Part shown: positions 55,558-64,000 of the stretch, one piece after another
How the letters are laid out: every line of letters begins with the position of its first letter
Numbering within the stretch: position 1 is the stretch's first letter
Source of the DNA: an uncultured Clostridia bacterium
Lineage (GTDB): Bacteria; Bacillota; Clostridia; Christensenellales; UBA1242
Length of the DNA stretch: 64,000 nucleotides
Direction: 5' to 3'
NCBI GenBank assembly: GCA_944383375.1
Contig: CALWPG010000006.1
Span: forward strand, 14,063 to 78,062
The notes under the pieces: model-generated
Database searches by the model: none
Seen by the model: only the letters and a program-made list of their open reading frames with translations
Told to the model about the DNA's origin: nothing
Position numbers and translations under genes: made by a program

Positions 55558-55993
55558 ATCTACAATATTCTATCTGTTGTAATTTCTTAGGAATATTAAG
55601 TTTACACCTTTTCAAAATATCGCGCATGAACACCTTTGCGTCATTAAAAGAGGCTATGTTATGTTGGGTTCTAATTGCACTAGGGATCAAGAATATGCTG
55701 TTTTGTTTTATCTTAGCATGTTGTTTCTTTATATAATCTATTACATTTTTACTTAATTTGTATCTATCATTGCATATGTTAATGTTTTTTAACCTTGCCA
55801 CCAATATAGCATAACAAAGTATGGATTCGGCTGTTCCTGGTGCAATCATACCATTGGAATGTTTTGGAAGAGGTTGCACGAATCCAGTTTTTTCATCAAG
55901 AAAAAGCTGATGGCTTCCATTGTTATTTTTTTGCTCAACAAAGCCGCAAGCAAGCAGTGTTCGCTCTATTTCTTTGTAGGTGTACGTCGCCAT
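55556..55993 (-). CDS. hicA: HicA-family toxin (mRNA interferase) with ~80-aa C-terminal extension
   Basis: YKEIERTLLACGFVEQKNNNGSHQLFLDEKTGFVQPLPKHSNGMIAPGTAESIL matches the HicA pattern (..L...GF....GSH..f......vP.H....l..gt...Il). 145 aa in total. Confidence 0.65.
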   Translation of the reverse strand: MATYTYKEIERTLLACGFVEQKNNNGSHQLFLDEKTGFVQPLPKHSNGMIAPGTAESILCYAILVARLKNINICNDRYKLSKNVIDYIKKQHAKIKQNSIFLIPSAIRTQHNIASFNDAKVFMRDILKRCKLNIPKKLQQIEYCR

Positions 55994-56244
55994 TAGACTT
56001 CCACCTCCACCATTTCAACAATTTTACCTTTAAAATTTTGTGCCGTTTTTTCCAGCGAGGTGGCGACTGTGTTTTTAACGTAGTCAAATGCAAGCATGGA
56101 TTTTAAAACATCTTTTGCCATGAATCTTGCATCTTCCATACCTTGACCACAGGTTACAACACCCATCAGGTCAGGGAAGGTAACATTTATGAAGTTTTTA
56201 TCAGTTTGATCTTGCTCAAAAACTGCGGGAAAACTATATTTCAT
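55993..56244 (-). CDS. hicB: HicB-family antitoxin (short form, no DNA-binding domain)
   Basis: MKYSFPAVFEQDQTDKNFINVTFPDLMGVVTCGQGMEDARFMAKDVL matches the HicB N-domain pattern (Y.fPa.f......y.v.fPDl.g..T.G....EA...A.e.L). ATG at 56244 is preceded by AAGGAG (the track ORF starts at 56292). The stop overlaps the hicA start (TAATG). Confidence 0.65.
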   Translation of the reverse strand: MKYSFPAVFEQDQTDKNFINVTFPDLMGVVTCGQGMEDARFMAKDVLKSMLAFDYVKNTVATSLEKTAQNFKGKIVEMVEVEV

Positions 56245-56386
56245 ATTTTCTCCTTGCAGATACATTATATATTGCTCTTTGATTTTTGTCAATATTCGCT
56301 AGACGTTTTATTAGTTTGACAATTTTGTTACTTGTTCGCTCTTTCTAAATTTCACGACAACATGTAAAATCTTTTAGGGAGAAAAT

Positions 56387-56659
56387 ATGGAACAATCTTT
56401 TTCAAAATGTTGTGATATGTTTTTAGAACACATAAAAAAGTATTCGCTTAGAGAACACGAGCAAATCAAGTTAGAGCGTACGGCCTACCAAAAAGGTATC
56501 ATCAATAAAGAAAATTACCTTAAACTGTGTCGAACAAGAGAAGATAAGATTTGTACATTGAACATTTTGGCATACAATTTCAAAAAATTATCGCTATATG
56601 GTGATGATTTTGAAAAGTATACTCAGTTGATGCAAAATGTGATGGCAAGCATTTCATAA
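56387..56659 (+). CDS. Hypothetical protein
   Basis: 90-aa ORF with SD GGGAGA. No recognisable motif. Confidence 0.4.
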   Translation: MEQSFSKCCDMFLEHIKKYSLREHEQIKLERTAYQKGIINKENYLKLCRTREDKICTLNILAYNFKKLSLYGDDFEKYTQLMQNVMASIS

Positions 56660-56687
56660 AAATGGATTTTATGTAAAAACTATTTTT

Positions 56688-57479
56688 ATGAAAATTTTTG
56701 ATGAATTGGATTTTGATTATAGCAAACTTGGGTTTCATGAACAAATTAAAGATGAAATAGTTTTAAGTTATCTTGATATAGACAAAGAAAATGAATATTT
56801 CAAAAAGGGAAAATACAGGATAGTTTCATGTCATAATCTTTTTTTGCATCAGATATATCAAGAAAAAGTAGTTGGCGAGATCAAAACTATTCTTAGGCAA
56901 TTTTTAAAACTTCATAAAATCAAAAAAGGAGATTGCATATTAATTGTAGGTCTTGGTAATGATGATATAATTTCAGATAGTCTTGGAAATTTTGTTTGCA
57001 AAAATATACTTGCAACAAGACTCGTATCCACTACCACAAAAAAACATGATGTGTGTTGCATATGTCCAAACGTTCAGGCTGTAACAGGCATAAGTACATT
57101 TGATATCGTTTCTGGCATTGTGGAGAAAATAGATGCAAAATTAATAATACTTATAGACAGTCTATTGACAGAAAACATTAAAAGATTGGGGCATAGTTTT
57201 CAACTTTCAAGCATAGGTATGACACCGGGTGGAGCACTTGGACAAAATAGAGAAATAAGTTTTGAAACTGTTCATGTTCCATGTATAAGCATGGGTGTGC
57301 CACTGCTTGCAGACTTAAAAAATATGTCAAAAAATGTTAAAAAGAGTGTCATTGTGGCACCAAAAGATATAAAATTTTTGGTTGAAAGATGTGCAGCTAT
57401 GATAGCAGATGCATTAAATAGTGTGGTTTGCACAACGCTATCAAAAAAAGAAATAATGGAAACAAAAATGCCACTTTGA
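56688..57479 (+). CDS. gpr: GPR endopeptidase (spore germination protease, peptidase A25), compact form
   Basis: Aligns by eye to B. subtilis Gpr: ILIVGLGNDDIISDSLGN (cf. CLVVGLGNLSVTPDALGP), IILIDSLLTENIKRLGHSFQLSSIGMTPGGALGQNREISFETVHVPCISMGVPLL (cf. [57 protein letters not shown]), and VAPKDIKFLVERCAAMIADALN. Confidence 0.75.
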   Translation: MKIFDELDFDYSKLGFHEQIKDEIVLSYLDIDKENEYFKKGKYRIVSCHNLFLHQIYQEKVVGEIKTILRQFLKLHKIKKGDCILIVGLGNDDIISDSLGNFVCKNILATRLVSTTTKKHDVCCICPNVQAVTGISTFDIVSGIVEKIDAKLIILIDSLLTENIKRLGHSFQLSSIGMTPGGALGQNREISFETVHVPCISMGVPLLADLKNMSKNVKKSVIVAPKDIKFLVERCAAMIADALNSVVCTTLSKKEIMETKMPL

Positions 57480-57493
57480 CATATTGTACTTAT

Positions 57494-58210
57494 ATGATTG
57501 GATTTATAGACAGTGGAGTTGGTGGACTTTGCCTAATGAGCAAGTGCAACAAGTTATTCAATGAAGATTTTGTTTTTTTGTGTGACAATAAAAATGCACC
57601 ATATGGGAACAAAAATGTCGAAAAGCTTTATCATATTACAGAGCAAAACATCAATTACTTAATAAAGCATTACAAGATCACAGCCTGCGTTATAGCATGT
57701 AATACTTTAAGTTATACAATTGGAGAAAAACTTCAAAGAAAATTTCAAATTCCAATTATTTTGACTAAAATGCCAAATGAATTTATTAAAAATTGTAAAA
57801 AAGAAATTTTATTTTTTGGAACAAAAAATACTATTAAAAAAATACAAGAAAAATATAATGATTATCAAACATTATATATAAAAGATTTGCCAAAAAAAAT
57901 AGACGAAAATTTAAATAATTTAAATATTTTAGAAAAATTATTAAAAAAATATTTAAATGATAAAAAATATAAAAATGTTAATTCAATTGTGCTTTGCTGT
58001 ACGCATTTTACATGTATTTCCCATATTATTAAAAAAATAAAAACGAATGCAGTGATATATGATTACACAGATATTTTGGCTAAGCAAATTGCTTCAAATA
58101 TTCAATCAAAAGCCTCGTCCAGCTTTCATATTGTACTTACAGATTATTACTATCCAAAGTATGTTGAATTAAAAGCATTTTACAGGCAACTTTTAGTTGA
58201 CAAAACATGA
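57494..58210 (+). CDS. murI: Glutamate racemase
   Basis: GFIDSGVGGL, DNKNAPYGNK, catalytic-Cys motifs IACNTLS and LCCTHF. Likely ATG 57494 (the track ORF starts at 57428). No clear SD. Confidence 0.75.
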   Translation: MIGFIDSGVGGLCLMSKCNKLFNEDFVFLCDNKNAPYGNKNVEKLYHITEQNINYLIKHYKITACVIACNTLSYTIGEKLQRKFQIPIILTKMPNEFIKNCKKEILFFGTKNTIKKIQEKYNDYQTLYIKDLPKKIDENLNNLNILEKLLKKYLNDKKYKNVNSIVLCCTHFTCISHIIKKIKTNAVIYDYTDILAKQIASNIQSKASSSFHIVLTDYYYPKYVELKAFYRQLLVDKT

Positions 58211-58232
58211 TAATGATTTTAATATCATTTGT

Positions 58233-59084
58233 ATGAAGTGTAATTTATGTCCAAGAAAATGTGGCGTTAATAGAGAACTACAAAGAGGTTTTTGTGGTTC
58301 AAAAAATCAGATAAAAATTGCTAAGCACTGTTTATTTGATTTTGAAGAACCATTAATTAGTGGTCAAAGTGGCAGTGGTGCCATTTTCTTTTGTGGTTGT
58401 TCGCTTAAATGTGTCTTTTGCCAAAATTATGAGATATCATCACAAAACAAAGGAAAAGATATTTCCGTAGAAGAACTTGCGACCATTTTCAAACAACTTG
58501 AAGATATGGGGGCAATTAATATCAATCTTGTCAATCCAACTCACTATGCTTGGCAAATAATAGAAGCACTAAAAATTTATAGACCCAAAATTCCAATCGT
58601 TTACAATACTCATGGTTATGAGTCACTTGAAACACTCAAAATGATTGACAAATACATAGACATATATTTACCTGACTTTAAATATTTTGACAACAAAGCC
58701 GCAAATAGATATTCAAATTGTTCCAATTATGTAGATGTCGTGACATTGGCTTTAAAGTTCATGAGAAAGCAAAAAACAGATGTGATTGAAAATGGTGTGA
58801 TGAAGCAGGGCATGATAATACGTCACTTGATAATGCCACTTATGACGGACCAGAGCATCTCAATTTTACAATGGATAAAGCAAAATTTGCCAAGTACTAA
58901 GGTGAGCCTCATGTCACAGTATGTGCCATATGGTAAAGCTTGTGACCACAAAGAAATAAATCGATGCATCACGAAACGCGAATATAATAAAGTCCTAAGT
59001 GCTTATTTTGATTTGGGTCTTGACGGCTTTATTCAAGATCTGTCGAGTGCAAAAACTGTGTACATACCAAAATGGGATTATTAA
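58233..59084 (+). CDS. Radical SAM protein (PflX/COG1313-like activase family)
   Basis: N-terminal CNLCPRKCGVNR....GFCG and the radical-SAM cluster motif CSLKCVFCQN. Likely ATG 58233 (the track ORF starts at TTG 58197). Confidence 0.7.
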   Translation: MKCNLCPRKCGVNRELQRGFCGSKNQIKIAKHCLFDFEEPLISGQSGSGAIFFCGCSLKCVFCQNYEISSQNKGKDISVEELATIFKQLEDMGAININLVNPTHYAWQIIEALKIYRPKIPIVYNTHGYESLETLKMIDKYIDIYLPDFKYFDNKAANRYSNCSNYVDVVTLALKFMRKQKTDVIENGVMKQGMIIRHLIMPLMTDQSISILQWIKQNLPSTKVSLMSQYVPYGKACDHKEINRCITKREYNKVLSAYFDLGLDGFIQDLSSAKTVYIPKWDY

Positions 59085-59845
59085 ATTTTCTTTTGTAATT
59101 TGACATATTCATCCAAGATATTGAAGTATGAGTATTTTACCATACTTGTATAGGGAGTTTCTGATGACGAAAATTGCTCCAAACTTTCAAGAATTTCCTC
59201 GACATTTTCAAGGCTTAATTTGACCTCCAAAATGCTTGCTGTAAGTTTAGAATTTAGTAATGCATTAAAATTAGATTGAATTTTGCTGAAATTGCTTGTG
59301 ATATCACTAAGACTTACTTTCGCTTGTATTTCTGTTAAAAGATTGGTGTCAATACTCACTGATAAATCATACAGTTGTTTATACAAATTCTTATAGCACT
59401 GCAGGCTTTGTTCCAGTGCTGTTTTTTCTTGACCTGTAACTGTTGAGGAAATGGCAAGTGCATCAAATTTCAACTCAATTACTTCACACGTGGTGCCACC
59501 AGTTTGAAGATTTTCTTTTACCTTTGTTGCGTCAGAGTTATTTTCATAACAAGATGCAAGCACATAGAATTTATCCTCTCCTTGCCAAATGAAGCCAGCT
59601 CCACCATGTCGTCTTGCTAGTACAGCATTTTCTTTTGCCAGTGCCTCGGTTTCGGTGCTGTACAAACTTATAGCATACAGAGTAAATGAGTTTTGTTTAA
59701 TTTCGCTATCTTTGATGTTGCTCATGCCACTTGTGGTTATCAAACTGGAGAATAACTCTGCAAAGCTTATGCAGAGCATTATGCAAAAAATGCTTACAAA
59801 AATTACAAATAATTTGTTTGATGAACGGGACTTATTTTTTGTCAT
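59081..59845 (-). CDS. Membrane-anchored protein with SPOR-like domain
   Basis: N-terminal TM LFVIFVSIFCIMLCISF. SPOR-like segment YAISLYSTETEALAKENAVLARRHGGAGFIWQGEDKFYVLASCYENNSDATKVKENL. The stop overlaps the convergent radical-SAM stop (TTAA). Confidence 0.45.
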   Translation of the reverse strand: MTKNKSRSSNKLFVIFVSIFCIMLCISFAELFSSLITTSGMSNIKDSEIKQNSFTLYAISLYSTETEALAKENAVLARRHGGAGFIWQGEDKFYVLASCYENNSDATKVKENLQTGGTTCEVIELKFDALAISSTVTGQEKTALEQSLQCYKNLYKQLYDLSVSIDTNLLTEIQAKVSLSDITSNFSKIQSNFNALLNSKLTASILEVKLSLENVEEILESLEQFSSSETPYTSMVKYSYFNILDEYVKLQKKI

Positions 59846-59948
59846 AAAAAATTGAACTCCTGTTTTTTGTGATTTAACATATGTTTAGTCTTATTTTATT
59901 TTTATGTCAAAAATAGACAACATATGATTTATTTATTCATAAATAAAA

Positions 59949-59977
59949 TTGCTTATTAATTTTTGGCAAAATAAAAT
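59949..59977 (+). promoter_or_regulatory. Sigma-A-type promoter of groES-groEL
   Basis: TTGCTT (59949-59954), 17-nt spacer, TAAAAT (59972-59977). SD AGAGGAG follows. Confidence 0.5.
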
Positions 59978-59997
59978 ATTAAAAAGAGGAGTATCTT

Positions 59998-61876
<1,879 letters not shown>

Positions 61877-61903
61877 AATTTTTAGTTCTGATATCATATA
61901 ATC

Positions 61904-62476
61904 ATGAAAATAACCAAAGCCGAATATTTAACCAGTATTACTTCAATAAAAAATATGATAGATAGTGGAGTTGAATTCGCTTTTGTTGGCAGGAGCAATG
62001 TTGGCAAAAGTAGTTTTATAAATTCACTCATTTCAAAAAAACTGGCGAGGACGTCTTCAACGCCTGGTCGAACCAGAATGATCAATTATTTTTTGATAAA
62101 TGATAGTTTTCGTTTTGTCGACTTGCCGGGATATGGCTATCACAGTGCAGGGAAGAAAAATGAAAAGATGTGGGCAACACTGATTGAAGATTATTTAAAC
62201 AATTCAAGGGCTTTAAGACGTGTTTTTTTGCTTGTTGACATACGACACAAACCAAGTCTGCTTGACAAACAGATGCTTGCATATCTTACTTACAGTGCAA
62301 AACCTTTTACAATAGTAGCCACCAAAGCAGATAAAGTTGCCAAATCCAAAATTAATAATTATCTTAAAATCATCGCTCAGGAATTTTTGATAACACCATC
62401 GTCAATTATACCATATTCCACAGAGTTGGGCATGGGCAAGGACATGATATTAGATATAATAGAAAAAAGCATGTAA
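61904..62476 (+). CDS. engB: Ribosome-biogenesis GTPase YsxC/EngB
   Basis: G1 motif GRSNVGKSSFINSL, then DLPGYGY and TKADK. Confidence 0.88.
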   Translation: MKITKAEYLTSITSIKNMIDSGVEFAFVGRSNVGKSSFINSLISKKLARTSSTPGRTRMINYFLINDSFRFVDLPGYGYHSAGKKNEKMWATLIEDYLNNSRALRRVFLLVDIRHKPSLLDKQMLAYLTYSAKPFTIVATKADKVAKSKINNYLKIIAQEFLITPSSIIPYSTELGMGKDMILDIIEKSM

Positions 62477-62491
62477 CTACATGCTTTTTTC
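62462..62491. terminator. Perfect 14-bp palindrome spanning both convergent stop codons (bidirectional terminator)
   Basis: GAAAAAAGCATGTA (62462-62475) and its exact reverse complement TACATGCTTTTTTC (62478-62491). A- and T-runs lie on either side. Confidence 0.7.
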
Positions 62492-63379
62492 ATTATCCTT
62501 TCTTTCAAAATAAAAATTATCAACTTGATTTATTTCCATATTTTGTGGTTTTGAAGTGGTTGCTATCATACCATCATAACAATATTGAATTTTTTCTATA
62601 TCTTCTTGTGTATATGACTGTTGAGTGTCGCTTTGAGTTGCGTAATACATTATGCTACGTTGCTTGTCGTTTTCATCGTATAGATCCTTAAATCCAAGAG
62701 TGTGCATGAGTTCATGCTTAGTTATTGTGGTGAGAAGTGACTTGGTTTCTTCTTTGTCCCAATATGCATCTGACCACTGACTTTCAATTTCTATTTCAAT
62801 AGGGTAGATAATTTCTGCAGTGAATTTATTATATCTAAGCTTCGCAACACCACCAGCACCTTCTTGTTCTTCTATATCATCAACAAGAGAAATGGAAATA
62901 TAATTTAGTCCGTTATCATTGTCATAATCATCCATGCCGTCATATAGGGTATAATTGATGTTTTTACTGATCTCATCAAGTGCATTCACAGCTTGGACTA
63001 CTTGCTCTTTTTGTTTTACGTTCATGTCATTTAATACTACAGCTATAGGCTCATTTCCAATTGGAAGCCTTACAACATTCCCATTCACTTGATAAAAGTC
63101 ATCTTTGTATTTTTCGAAATTTGAATTATCAACAGGTCTAGTTAAAATCGCCGTTCCCAATTTGTTTACGAGATACCCAAGGGCACCCATAGATCCTAAA
63201 ACCATCGCACCACCTGCGGCCAACTTCAAAATGAATTTTTTGTTCTCTTTGTTTTTTAATCCACTAAGTTGTTGTTTTCTTGAATATACAACTGCTGAGT
63301 CATCACTCTCTTTGTTTTTTAGTAGATCAAATGATTTTGTCACATCAAAATCGTAATCTTGTTCTTGTTTTTTCTTCAT
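62477..63379 (-). CDS. Membrane-anchored metzincin-like zinc metalloprotease (HExxHxxGxxD)
   Basis: Cytoplasmic N-tail, TM FILKLAAGGAMVLGSMGALGYLV, zinc motif HELMHTLGFKD, candidate Met-turn RSIMYYA, conserved IEKIQYCYDG. Confidence 0.6.
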   Translation of the reverse strand: MKKKQEQDYDFDVTKSFDLLKNKESDDSAVVYSRKQQLSGLKNKENKKFILKLAAGGAMVLGSMGALGYLVNKLGTAILTRPVDNSNFEKYKDDFYQVNGNVVRLPIGNEPIAVVLNDMNVKQKEQVVQAVNALDEISKNINYTLYDGMDDYDNDNGLNYISISLVDDIEEQEGAGGVAKLRYNKFTAEIIYPIEIEIESQWSDAYWDKEETKSLLTTITKHELMHTLGFKDLYDENDKQRSIMYYATQSDTQQSYTQEDIEKIQYCYDGMIATTSKPQNMEINQVDNFYFERKDNEKSM

Positions 63380-63396
63380 ATAATTCTTCCTTTTGT

Positions 63397-64000
63397 TTAT
63401 AACTCTCTACCGTCGTCCTCTTTGACTTCATTGTTTGGCAAATTGGCGACAACTTTGTATTTAATATGATTTGGGTGTGTTGTAGTGGCAATTTTTTGTC
63501 CGTCATAGCAATATTGAATTTTTTCTATATCCTCATTTGTGTATGTTTTAGCAGAGTCACTTCTTAAGGCATAATACATGATGCTACGAGATTTATCCTC
63601 TTCTTCATACAAATCACAAAATCCCAAAGTGTGCATAAGTTCGTGTTGAGTTATTGTTGTGAGGATGGATTGTGTAAAGTTTTCATCCCAGTATCCATCG
63701 GCATAGTGCTCATCCAAATAAATTGATATTGGATATTTTATTTCAGCCGTTTTTTCATCATAGTTGTATATTGTGACACCAGCAGCAGAGGGGCTAACCC
63801 CATAATCTTCTATATCTTCTACCAAGCTTATTCGTATATAGTCCAAACCAAAATCTTTGTCATAATCGCTAGAGTCAAATATTGTGTAATTTATCTTTGT
63901 ACTAATATTGTCCAGCGAATTAATACCATCTACGACATATTGTTTTGCCTCGTCTTCAAGGTTGTCCAAAATAACTGGGATAGGGTTTTCGTCTAATGGA
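63397..64000 (-). CDS. Paralogous metzincin-like metalloprotease, 5' end beyond the window
   Basis: HELMHTLGFCD, RSIMYYA and IEKIQYCYDG. The frame stays open to nt 64000 (..PLDENPIPVILDNLEDE..) and aligns with residues about 105 onward of the neighbouring paralog. Confidence 0.6.
   Translation of the reverse strand, partial: PLDENPIPVILDNLEDEAKQYVVDGINSLDNISTKINYTIFDSSDYDKDFGLDYIRISLVEDIEDYGVSPSAAGVTIYNYDEKTAEIKYPISIYLDEHYADGYWDENFTQSILTTITQHELMHTLGFCDLYEEEDKSRSIMYYALRSDSAKTYTNEDIEKIQYCYDGQKIATTTHPNHIKYKVVANLPNNEVKEDDGREL

Noticed and set aside
59846-59997. Searched for a CIRCE (HrcA) operator upstream of groES.
   Set aside because: No TTAGCACTC-N9-GAGTGCTAA-like inverted repeat is present. 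Only the fragment TTAGTC occurs.

Overview
AT-rich, standard-code bacterial chromosome segment that looks like a low-GC Bacillota, probably Clostridia-like. Supporting features are a type-Z S14, a KOW protein between map and infA, a gpr germination protease, and surface proteins anchored by C-terminal TM helices rather than LPXTG. All family assignments come from reading the translated ORFs and recalled motifs; no database search was run. (1) nt 1-13.4k: phage-derived late region that runs off the left edge. It holds a sigma-like regulator, terL, a TerS-like ORF, portal, scaffold, major capsid, a few structural ORFs and two holins. A secreted adhesin 'moron' sits between terL and the TerS-like ORF. 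No tail tape-measure, sheath, baseplate, integrase or endolysin is recognisable. (2) 13.4-22.1k: housekeeping genes (rnj, O-methyltransferase, tsaE, tsaB, rimI, an alpha/beta hydrolase, a MurF-like ligase with a polytopic membrane N-terminus) and a frameshifted BspA-type LRR gene. (3) 22.2-38.0k: complete S10-spc-alpha ribosomal superoperon (rpsJ through rplQ, including secY, adk, map, infA, rpmJ, rpoA), with a promoter and a structured leader. (4) 38.1-42.9k: an apparent accessory insertion. It carries an orphan VirB3/VirB4-type membrane ATPase and a 590-aa protein of unknown function, each with its own promoter and terminator. This is the most interesting locus in the window. (5) 42.9-64k: mixed core genes (fba, hflX, tkt, hpf, gpr, murI, radical SAM, groES/groEL, engB) and accessory genes. 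The accessory genes are a Cys-rich mini-protein, a 1121-aa Ig-repeat adhesin, a TPR protein, a P-loop-less kinase-like protein, a degenerate ABC ATPase, a hicB-hicA module and two tandem membrane-anchored metzincin-like proteases. No rRNA, tRNA or CRISPR array was seen.
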